From positions 10,919 through 74,918 of the forward strand of contig CAVZDL010000016.1 of the NCBI GenBank assembly GCA_963774025.1: DNA of 64,000 nt. The letters run 5' to 3'. This document shows positions 19,224 through 27,180 of the stretch, in pieces. A model generated the notes under the pieces. That model was not told where the DNA came from, searched no databases, and saw only the letters and a list, made by a program, of their open reading frames with translations. This DNA comes from an uncultured Conexibacteraceae bacterium. GTDB lineage: Bacteria > Actinomycetota > Thermoleophilia > Solirubrobacterales > Solirubrobacteraceae. Both the position numbers and the translations under genes were made by a program. Each line of letters starts with the position of its first letter. The first letter of the stretch is position 1.

Positions 19224-21642
19224 GGATCGTCCCCTCGAGCTCCTCTGCGAGAGCGTTGACGATGAACTGCCGTTGGCGCGCGACCTCGGCGTCCGTCAGT
19301 GTGCGGTCGCCGACGCGGTAGGCGAGTCGCACGGCGACGGATACCTTGCCCAGGCCGAGCCGCTCAGGGTCGCGGTAGACGTCGAAGACCTCGGCGCCGG
19401 CGAGCAGCGGCGAGCCGGCCCTGCGAATCACCGCGAGGATCTCCGCCGCGGTCACCTGGTCGCTGACCAGCACCGCCAGGTCCTCGCGCACCTCCGGGAA
19501 GCTGACGAGGTCGGTGAAGAGCGTTGCCGGCCGTGGCGTGACGGCGGAAAGATTGATCTCGAAGCCAGCGAGCGTTTCGTCGAACTCCCACTCGGCAGCG
19601 ACCGCCGGGTGGATCTCCCCAACCCAGCCGAGGTGCTCACCGTCGACCAGCACGGCGGCCGCGCGCCCAGGGTGCAAGAAGGGCGCAGTCGTCGCCGCGC
19701 GAACGTCCCAGTCCAGGCCGAGCGCGGAGAACAGTCCGGCGAGCACGCCCTTGGCGGCGAAGAAGTCTGCCGGCGGCGGATCGGCGTCGCGCCAGGTCGC
19801 CGGACGCACCGGGCCCGCGAGGATCCCAGCGATGTGGTGCGGCTCGTCAGGCAGGCGGTCGGCCTCGACGGCGGACTTAGACCGGTAGATGGCGCCGGAC
19901 TCGAACAGCGCGATCCTGCTGCCGCTCGCGGCTCGAGCGCGGTTGCGCGCCGCCACGTCCAGTAGCGAGCCGAGCAACGTGGTCCGCAGCTGCGACTGCT
20001 CCGATGACATCGGGTTGGCGAGCGTCAGAGGGCCGCTCGAGCCGGCCTGGAGCAGCCGCAGCTTGTCTGCGAGCTCGGGACCAGTAAAGCTCCAGCCGAC
20101 GATCTCGTGCAGCCCCTGCGCGGCGAGCGCATCCTCCGCGTGGCGCCGTAGGCGCTGAACAGCCGTCAGCCGCCCGACGGCGCTGTGGCGCGCGGGCAAC
20201 GTCGCCGGCAGATTCTCGAGGCCATCGAGCCGCGAGACCTCCTCGATCAGGTCAGCCTCGCGCGTGATGTCGTCGCGACGGAAGTCGGGGACCGTCACAT
20301 CGAGCCCGTCGGTGGCGTCGACGGCCGTGAACGCGAGTGTCTGCAGCAGATGCTTGGAGCGCTCGCGCGGGATTGCGACACCGAGCAGCCCCTCAATCCG
20401 CGCGTCGCGCAGGCGGATCGTCACCGGCTCGGGGCCCGGGCCGCCGACATCGATCGTGCCGGGGCGGACCGTCGCGCCACAGACGTCGATGAACAGTCGT
20501 GTCGCGACCGCCTGTGCCCACAACGTCTGCTCGGGTTGGAGCCCCTTCTCATTGCGACTCGAGGCCTCGCTACGCAGCGCCAGCTTGAGCGAGGTGGCAT
20601 GGACGTTGGGGCCGTTCCAGGTCGCGACCTCGCTGACGACGTCTGAGGTCGAGTCCGAGACCTCGGAGCGGGCACCGCCCATCACACCGGCGATAGAGGT
20701 CGGTCCATCGGCGTCCTCGATCAGGACGATGTCCTCATCGAGTGTGCGGGTCTGGTCGTCGAGCGTCTGGATCTGCTCGCCGGGGCGCGCACGACGGACG
20801 TTGAGCCGGTGGCCTGCGACGCGGTCATAGTCGAACGCGTGCATCGGCTGGCCGGTCAGCAGCATCACGTAGTTGGTGATATCGACGACGTTGGAGATCG
20901 GCCGCTGGCCGCAGGCCATCAGGCGCGCCTTGATCCACAGTGGGCTCGGGCCGATCGCGATCCCCTCGAAGATCCGCGCCGTGAAGCGCGGGCACAGCGT
21001 GTGGCCGGCCTCGTTCGTGATCTCGAACCCGTCGAGCTCACCGAAGCTGCCGGGATCCTGCTCCCATGGGGCGGGCTTCAACTCCGCGCCGGTACTCGCG
21101 GCGACCTCGCGCGCGACGCCGTAGATGCCGAGGCAATCGGGGCGGTTGGGCGTGATCTCGAGCACCAGTACATCGGTCCCGATCTCCACCACATCCCCGA
21201 GCGGCGTCCCGGGTGCGGCGCCGTCATCGAGGACCATGATCCCCACGTGGTCCTCGCTGATCTGGAGCTCGCGCTCGGAGAGGATCATGCCCTGCGAGGC
21301 GACGCCGCGCAGCTTGGCTTCCCCGAGTGTGCTTCCGTCCGGCATCACCGCACCCGGGCGCGCGACACCCACCGTCTGCCCGGCGGTGACGTTGGGCGCG
21401 CCACAAACGATCTGCGACGGCGTCGAGCCGCCGATGTCGACCATGCAGACGTTCAGCCTGTCGGCGTCGGGGTGCTTCTTGCGTTCGAGCACGTGGCCAA
21501 CGACGAAGTTCTCGGGGGCGAGCACGCCGTGGTGCTCGATCCGCTCGACCTCGGTGCCGGTCAGCGCGAGCCGCTGCGCCAGCGTCTGGGTGTCCATGTG
21601 AGGTCGGCAGTACTCGTTCAGCCACTCGAGCGGGACCCTCAT
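19210..21642 (-). CDS. pheT: phenylalanine--tRNA ligase beta subunit
   Basis: 810 aa, starting MRVPLEWLNEY. tRNA-binding domain, B3/4 and B5 domains, and a C-terminal FDX-ACB-like end. Confidence 0.93.
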   Translation of the reverse strand: MRVPLEWLNEYCRPHMDTQTLAQRLALTGTEVERIEHHGVLAPENFVVGHVLERKKHPDADRLNVCMVDIGGSTPSQIVCGAPNVTAGQTVGVARPGAVMPDGSTLGEAKLRGVASQGMILSERELQISEDHVGIMVLDDGAAPGTPLGDVVEIGTDVLVLEITPNRPDCLGIYGVAREVAASTGAELKPAPWEQDPGSFGELDGFEITNEAGHTLCPRFTARIFEGIAIGPSPLWIKARLMACGQRPISNVVDITNYVMLLTGQPMHAFDYDRVAGHRLNVRRARPGEQIQTLDDQTRTLDEDIVLIEDADGPTSIAGVMGGARSEVSDSTSDVVSEVATWNGPNVHATSLKLALRSEASSRNEKGLQPEQTLWAQAVATRLFIDVCGATVRPGTIDVGGPGPEPVTIRLRDARIEGLLGVAIPRERSKHLLQTLAFTAVDATDGLDVTVPDFRRDDITREADLIEEVSRLDGLENLPATLPARHSAVGRLTAVQRLRRHAEDALAAQGLHEIVGWSFTGPELADKLRLLQAGSSGPLTLANPMSSEQSQLRTTLLGSLLDVAARNRARAASGSRIALFESGAIYRSKSAVEADRLPDEPHHIAGILAGPVRPATWRDADPPPADFFAAKGVLAGLFSALGLDWDVRAATTAPFLHPGRAAAVLVDGEHLGWVGEIHPAVAAEWEFDETLAGFEINLSAVTPRPATLFTDLVSFPEVREDLAVLVSDQVTAAEILAVIRRAGSPLLAGAEVFDVYRDPERLGLGKVSVAVRLAYRVGDRTLTDAEVARQRQFIVNALAEELEGTIRAGE

Positions 21643-22718
21643 GCGAACTGCTCCAGGAAACGAATGTCGTTGTCATAGAGCAGCCGCAGGTCGCTTATGC
21701 CGTGCTTGAGCATCGCGATCCGCTCGACCCCCATGCCGAAGGCGAAGCCCTGCACCCGCTCGGGGTCGTAGCCGTTGTCCTTGACGTGCAGCAGTACGTT
21801 CGGGTCGACCATGCCCGAGCCGAGGATCTCGAGCCAGCCCGTGCCCTTGCAGATGGTGCAGCGGTCCCCGTCGGCGGTGATCCCGTCTGTGCAGTTGAAG
21901 CAGGAGACGTCGACCTCGACGCTCGGCTCCGTGAAAGGGAAGAAGTGCGGGCGCAACCGGATCTCGCGCTCGGGGCCGAAGATCGCGCGCGCGAACTCGA
22001 GCAGCGTGCCCTTGAGGTCGGCGAGCGTGATGCTCTCATCGACGGCCAGGCCCTCAATCTGGTGGAACTGCGGCGTGTGGGTGGCGTCGGAATCGGGCCG
22101 GTACACCCGCCCCGGAACGATGATGTAGATCGGCGGCGGCTGATGCTCCATCGCGCGGATCTGCATCGGCGAGGTGTGGACGCGCAACAGCAACGAGGCC
22201 GGGTCGAAGATGTCATCAACCGGATCGACGTAGAAGGTGTCGGTCATCAGCCGGCTTGGATGCGTGCGCGAGATATTGAGCGCGTCGAAGTTGTAGTAGA
22301 CGTTCTCGACCTCAGGGCCCTCGGCCACATTGAAGCCGAGTCCGATGAAGACGTCCTCGATCTCCCGCCGCGTCCGCGTGATCAGGTGCAGTCGGCCGAC
22401 GGCTGGCATCGGGTCGGCAGGCAGTGTCACATCGACGCGGTCCTGCTCCAGGCGGGTGTTCAGCTCGCTGATCGCGAGCTCACTCGCGCGCGCCTCGATC
22501 TGAGCTTCGAGAGTCCTGCGCGCCTCGTTGGCCGCCTTCCCGGCCGCTCCGCGCTGCTCGGCCGGCAGCTCGGCGACGCCGCGCAGCAGGTTCGGCAGCT
22601 CGGCCTTGCGTCCAAGGAACTGGACGCGGGCGTCCTCGAGGGCCGCCGTCGTGCCGGCGGCGGCAATCGCGGCCTCGGCGTCACGCTGGAGTTCGGTGAT
22701 TCGCTGGTCGAGACTCAT
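21639..22718 (-). CDS. pheS: phenylalanine--tRNA ligase alpha subunit
   Basis: 359 aa. Class-II aaRS motifs (RPHFFPFTEPS, GSGMV, FAFGMGVERIAMLK). Overlaps pheT by 4 nt. Confidence 0.93.
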   Translation of the reverse strand: MSLDQRITELQRDAEAAIAAAGTTAALEDARVQFLGRKAELPNLLRGVAELPAEQRGAAGKAANEARRTLEAQIEARASELAISELNTRLEQDRVDVTLPADPMPAVGRLHLITRTRREIEDVFIGLGFNVAEGPEVENVYYNFDALNISRTHPSRLMTDTFYVDPVDDIFDPASLLLRVHTSPMQIRAMEHQPPPIYIIVPGRVYRPDSDATHTPQFHQIEGLAVDESITLADLKGTLLEFARAIFGPEREIRLRPHFFPFTEPSVEVDVSCFNCTDGITADGDRCTICKGTGWLEILGSGMVDPNVLLHVKDNGYDPERVQGFAFGMGVERIAMLKHGISDLRLLYDNDIRFLEQFA

Positions 22719-22730
22719 GCGCGCGTGATC

Positions 22731-23450
22731 CTACGAGTTAGCCGGTTTCGAAAGCTCGTACAGGGCGACGCTCGCCGCCATCGCAGCGTTGAGCGACTCG
22801 GTCACGATCGGGATCCGCGCGACGCGATCGCAGGCGGCGACAACATCATCGGGTAGGCCTGCGCGTTCGGCGCCGACCAGCACGCTGATCTCGGCTTGGG
22901 GCACGAGATCAGCTGCCACAGCGTCCAGCGTGTCGTCCGCCTCCGCGACGAGCGCGATCGTTGTTCCGGGGAGCTTGTCAGGGGTCGCGCGGGTGACCGG
23001 CACGGCGAAGATCGCGCCCATGCTGGCGCGCACCGCCTTCGGGCTGAAGGGATCGGCGCTGCCGGCGCCGAACGCAACGCAGCTTGCACCGAAGGCGGCC
23101 GCGGAGCGCAGCGCCGTGCCGACGTTCCCAGGGTCGCTGACGCCGTGCAGGTATAGACAGAGGCGGCCCAGCGGGGCCGCCTCCCACCGCTCCGGGTAGA
23201 TCGCCAGTGTGCGGGTGCCGGACGCGAGCTCGCTGACCGATTGCAACGCGGCGGGATCGACCTCGGTGCCGGGCAGGCCGCTGCCGAGCACCGCGAAGCG
23301 CTCGATCGGAGTCCAGCCGGCGGCGTCGGCGGCGGCGAGTAGATCCTCGCCCTCGGCGACAAACTGGCCGAGGCGCTCGCGGTCACGCCGGCGCTGGCGG
23401 AGCTTGCGGACCGTCTTCAGCTTGTCGTTGTGTGGGCTTGTGATCGGCAT
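22731..23450 (-). CDS. TrmH/SpoU-family RNA 2'-O-methyltransferase
   Basis: 239 aa. N-terminal substrate-binding region (HNDKLKTVRKL) and SpoU methylase blocks (DPGNVGTALRSAAAFG, GAERAGL, IPIVTESLNAAMA). Confidence 0.8.
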   Translation of the reverse strand: MPITSPHNDKLKTVRKLRQRRRDRERLGQFVAEGEDLLAAADAAGWTPIERFAVLGSGLPGTEVDPAALQSVSELASGTRTLAIYPERWEAAPLGRLCLYLHGVSDPGNVGTALRSAAAFGASCVAFGAGSADPFSPKAVRASMGAIFAVPVTRATPDKLPGTTIALVAEADDTLDAVAADLVPQAEISVLVGAERAGLPDDVVAACDRVARIPIVTESLNAAMAASVALYELSKPANS

Positions 23451-23475
23451 CTGCGGTTGTGATCGGCGGGTACGG

Positions 23476-23510
23476 AAACAAAAAAGGCGCCTTCCTTCGC
23501 AGGAGGCGCC
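23476..23510 (-). terminator. rho-independent terminator after rplT
   Basis: On the minus strand: GGCGCCTCC-TGCGAA-GGAAGGCGCC hairpin followed by TTTTTTGTTT. Confidence 0.7.
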
Positions 23511-23537
23511 CCTTGGCGATGCTGGTGTCGGCGACGC

Positions 23538-23900
23538 TCAGCCGGCAGCCAGCGCTTCGCGGGCGCGCTCAGCGATGCGTCGGAAGGTGTCGGCGTCGTG
23601 CACGGCGATGTCGGCCAGGACCTTGCGGTCCAGCTCCACGTGGGCGAGCTCGAGGCCATGGATGAACTGCGAGTAGGAGAGGCCGTTCTGGCGCGCGGCC
23701 GCGTTGATGCGCGTGATCCACAGGCGACGGAAGTCGCGCTTGCGGTTGCGGCGATCGCGGTAGCGGTACTGGTCGGCCTTGAGCAGCGCCTCCTTGGCTG
23801 AGCGATAGCGACGCGAGGCGTTGCCCCGCATGCCCTTCGTCATTGCCAGGGTTTCGCGGCGCTTCTTGCGCGCGTGAACAGAACGCTTGACGCGGCTCAT
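23538..23900 (-). CDS. rplT: 50S ribosomal protein L20
   Basis: 120 aa, [18 protein letters not shown]...[13 protein letters not shown]. Confidence 0.95.
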   Translation of the reverse strand: MSRVKRSVHARKKRRETLAMTKGMRGNASRRYRSAKEALLKADQYRYRDRRNRKRDFRRLWITRINAAARQNGLSYSQFIHGLELAHVELDRKVLADIAVHDADTFRRIAERAREALAAG

Positions 23901-24100
23901 GACTTCTTCGCTCCCAGCAGGACCTTGATCCGGGGCGCGTCATGGTCGGACACGATCATCGGGCGAGCGAGGTTGCGCTTGTACTTCGGCGACTTCTTCT
24001 CAAGGATGTGCGTAGAGAAGGCGTGACGAGCCTTGACCTTGCCATTGGCGGTCAGCTTGAACCGCTTCTTGGCGCCAGAATGGGTCTTCATCTTCGGCAT
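23897..24100 (-). CDS. rpmI: 50S ribosomal protein L35
   Basis: 67 aa, [17 protein letters not shown]. Overlaps rplT by 4 nt. Confidence 0.93.
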   Translation of the reverse strand: MPKMKTHSGAKKRFKLTANGKVKARHAFSTHILEKKSPKYKRNLARPMIVSDHDAPRIKVLLGAKKS

Positions 24101-24200
24101 AACAGGGCGTCAGTAAAGCAGATCTCGGGCGAGGGGCTCTCGCGCATCCCCACCAAGATCAGGCTTCGGAAGCGGAGCGGCTCCCTGCGCCGATGCCGAC

Positions 24201-24950
24201 TTACTCAGCCGGGTTGGGTTCAGCGACCGCAGGCTCGGCTTCGGTAGCTGTGGTGTCCGAGGGCGCGGCGTCCTCGGGCGCTGAGCCGTTGGTCGAGGGC
24301 TCGGGGGCCACGGGGGCCGCTTCGCCGTCGGACTCCTCACGCTGCTGCCGGCGGGGCTTCTTCTCGCCGCTGTCGGTGGTGTGCGTGTCCTCGCTTGCGA
24401 GGATCGACTTCGACGGCGCCAGCATCATCGTCATGTTGCGGCCGTCCTGCAGCGGCGACTGCTCGATGACGGCGACCTCCGCGAGTTCGCCGGCCAGCTT
24501 GTCGAGCAGCGCGACGCCGCGCTCTGGGTGAGTCACCTCGCGGCCACGGAACATGATCGTGACCTTGACCTTGTCCTTGCCCTTGAGGAAGCGCTCGACG
24601 TGACCCTTCTTGGTGTCGTAATCGTTCTGCGCGATCTTCGGACGGAATTTGATCTCACGGATCGTGATCTGCTGCTGATGCTTGCGGGCAGCCTTGAGTT
24701 TCTGCGCCTGCTCGTACTTGTACTTGGAGTAGTCGAGCACACGGCAGACCGGCGGGCGTGCCTCGGGAGCGACCTCGACGAGGTCGAGATCACGCTCCTG
24801 CGCGTACGCCAGGGCGTCCGGAGTCTTCATCACGCCGATCTGGTTGCCGTCCTCGCCGATCAGGCGCACTTCGGGCACGCGGATACGGTCGTTGATCCGT
24901 GTTTGGTCGCGCTCCGGCGGGCGCCGGTCGAACCTACGTGGAACCGGCAC
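24201..24950 (-). CDS. infC: translation initiation factor IF-3 with a roughly 70-aa low-complexity C-terminal tail
   Basis: [38 protein letters not shown] and [12 protein letters not shown] blocks. The GTG start is as given in the ORF track; the true IF-3 start codon may be atypical. Confidence 0.9.
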   Translation of the reverse strand: MPVPRRFDRRPPERDQTRINDRIRVPEVRLIGEDGNQIGVMKTPDALAYAQERDLDLVEVAPEARPPVCRVLDYSKYKYEQAQKLKAARKHQQQITIREIKFRPKIAQNDYDTKKGHVERFLKGKDKVKVTIMFRGREVTHPERGVALLDKLAGELAEVAVIEQSPLQDGRNMTMMLAPSKSILASEDTHTTDSGEKKPRRQQREESDGEAAPVAPEPSTNGSAPEDAAPSDTTATEAEPAVAEPNPAE

Positions 24951-25040
24951 TAGCTGTTGTTGCGGCGGTTCGTCAAGCGGTGCCGGGCCGGATGGAATAA
25001 ATCTGCTGGATCAACGAGAGCAAGTATAGCCGCGAGCGGC

Positions 25041-26984
25041 TCAAGTCAAACTTCTCGTGGCGATCAGATCTGAGATGCGCGCCAGGAAGTCATCCAGCGC
25101 GACAGCCCCGGTGTCTCCGGCCCGATGCTCGCGCACGCCGACCTCGCCCGCTTCCTGCTCGCGGTCGCCGACGACCAGCATGAACGGGACCTTGCGGACC
25201 TCGGCGTCGCGGATCTTGCGGCCGACCGACTCGGTGCGGTCGTCGAGCTCGACGCGGATGCCTGCCGCCGAAAGGTGATTGCGAACGGAGCCGGCGTAAT
25301 CGTTGTGTCGGTCGGCGATCGGCACAACGAGTACCTGGACGGGCGCCATCCAAACCGGGAACTCCCCACGGAAGTGCTCGGTCAGGATGCCGATGAAGCG
25401 CTCGAAGGACCCGAACAGCGCTCTGTGGATCATCACCGGTCGATGCTCGGCGTTGTCCTCGCCCGTGTAGGTGATGCCGAATCGCTCGGGCATCGAGTAA
25501 TCGAGCTGGACGGTCCCGAGCTGCCACGAGCGCCCGATCGAGTCGGTCATGTGCAGGTCGATCTTCGGCCCGTAGAAGGCGCCGTCGCCCGCGTTGACGT
25601 CGTACTCGAGCTCGCGCCGCTCGAGCGCTCGCACCAATGAACTCTCCGCGTGGTCCCACATTTCGTCGCTGCCGATCCGCTTGTCAGGCCGGGTCGAGAG
25701 CTCGAGCTTCGGCTCAAAGCCGAAGGTCCGGTAGATGAACGCTCCGAATTCGAGGCAGCCGAGTACCTCGTCCTCGACCTGCTCCTCAGTGCAGAAGATG
25801 TGGGCGTCGTCCTGCGTGATGTGCCGGACGCGGAGCAGCCCGTGCAGCGTCCCGCTCGGCTCGTGCCGGTGCACGAGACCCTGCTCGGAGAAGCGGATCG
25901 GAAGGTCACGATAAGAGCGGCGGGTTGCGCCGTAGATCAGGATGTGCCCCGGGCAATTCATCGGCTTGAGGCCCATGGGCCGGTCCTCGACCTCGGTGAA
26001 GTACATGTTGTCCTGGTACTTCTCCCAGTGCCCGGACTGCTTCCACAACTCGACGTCGAACAGGATCGGAGTCTTGACCTCGCGATAGCCGCGCTCGCCG
26101 TTCTGCTCGCGCCAGAACTCTGAGAGCGCATTCCAGACGGCCATTCCGTTCGGCTGCCAGAACGGCGAGCCCGGGCTGTGCTCGGAGAACAGGAACAGCT
26201 CGAGCTCGCGACCGAGCTTGCGATGGTCGTTCTGGCGTGCCAGATCGAGCCGCTCGAGATACTCGTCGAGCTCCTTCTTGGAGAAGAAGGCAGTGCCATA
26301 CACGCGCGTCAGCATCTTGTTGTCCGAGTTGCCGCGCCAGTAGGCGCCGGCCACCGATTGCAGCTTGAAGGCCTTGATCCGCTTGGTCGTGGGCGCGTGC
26401 GGCCCGCGGCACAGGTCGACGAAGTCGCCGTTCGTGTACAGGCTCACGGTCGTGAGCGGCGCCTCCGGCGGGGCATTCCGCACGAGATCCTCGATCAGCT
26501 CCACCTTGTAGGACTGGCCTTCACCCCGGTAGCGGTCGAGCGCGACCGCAACCGGGACGTCCTCGCGCACGAACTCCTCGTCAGCCTCGATGTGCTCGCG
26601 CATGCGCGACTCGATCGCCGGGAAGTCGTCCTCGTTGAGCGTGACGCCCTCGGGCAGGTCGAGGTCGTAGTAGAAGCCGTTCTCGATCGGCGGCCCGATC
26701 GAGATCTGCACGCCCGGGTAGAGCTCGAGCATCGCCTCGGCGAACACATGCGCGGCATCGTGGCGGATCAGCTGGAGCGCCTCCTCCCCGCTCTTCTCCG
26801 TGATGATCTCGATGCGGCCCTCACCGGCAGTGGGCAGCGGGCGCGACAGATCGAAGCTGACGCCGTCGACCTTGATCGCGAGCGCGGCCTTGGCGAGGCC
26901 GGGGCCGATCGCCGCGGCGGCATCCGCCCCGGTGGCGCCAGCGGGCAGGGTCAGCGTGTCGCCGTTTGGGAGCAGGTAGTCCAT
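25041..26984 (-). CDS. thrS: threonine--tRNA ligase
   Basis: Start MDYLLPNGDTLTL at ATG 26984 (TGS domain). Class-II core (RVRHITQDDAHIFC, GAFYGPKID) and a C-terminal anticodon-binding domain. The 29 upstream codons in the track ORF look non-coding. Confidence 0.93.
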   Translation of the reverse strand: MDYLLPNGDTLTLPAGATGADAAAAIGPGLAKAALAIKVDGVSFDLSRPLPTAGEGRIEIITEKSGEEALQLIRHDAAHVFAEAMLELYPGVQISIGPPIENGFYYDLDLPEGVTLNEDDFPAIESRMREHIEADEEFVREDVPVAVALDRYRGEGQSYKVELIEDLVRNAPPEAPLTTVSLYTNGDFVDLCRGPHAPTTKRIKAFKLQSVAGAYWRGNSDNKMLTRVYGTAFFSKKELDEYLERLDLARQNDHRKLGRELELFLFSEHSPGSPFWQPNGMAVWNALSEFWREQNGERGYREVKTPILFDVELWKQSGHWEKYQDNMYFTEVEDRPMGLKPMNCPGHILIYGATRRSYRDLPIRFSEQGLVHRHEPSGTLHGLLRVRHITQDDAHIFCTEEQVEDEVLGCLEFGAFIYRTFGFEPKLELSTRPDKRIGSDEMWDHAESSLVRALERRELEYDVNAGDGAFYGPKIDLHMTDSIGRSWQLGTVQLDYSMPERFGITYTGEDNAEHRPVMIHRALFGSFERFIGILTEHFRGEFPVWMAPVQVLVVPIADRHNDYAGSVRNHLSAAGIRVELDDRTESVGRKIRDAEVRKVPFMLVVGDREQEAGEVGVREHRAGDTGAVALDDFLARISDLIATRSLT

Positions 26985-27180
26985 TACGCCTGATCGTACG
27001 TTTCCGCGGTCATGCGTGCCGCCCCGCCCGCTGGCGAGGCGGCCATTTCGGGCTCGAGCCGGTCTAGACACGCGTGCGCGAACTATGTAGCGTTTACCTC
27101 AATACCGAGAGACGCACAGCTAATCGGGGGCTGGCGACTTGGGAGCAGGAACCCATCGGACTTGTGGCTCGCGTGCCGCA

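Noticed and set aside
17110-22856. Several 250-390-aa plus-strand ORFs (17110..17976, 17588..18412, 18198..19259, 19201..19965, 20809..21678, 21702..22856)
   Set aside because: All lie antisense to argJ/argC/pheT/pheS, which are unambiguous. They are shadow ORFs.
24101-24200. Possible L20-binding leader between infC and rpmI
   Set aside because: I could not identify the pseudoknot or stem features of the known L20 leader by eye. It needs an Rfam scan, so it is not reported as a feature.
26985-27180. T-box or other riboswitch upstream of thrS
   Set aside because: No specifier or T-box sequence (AGGGUGGNACCGCG-like) and no terminator/antiterminator pair was seen in the short leader.
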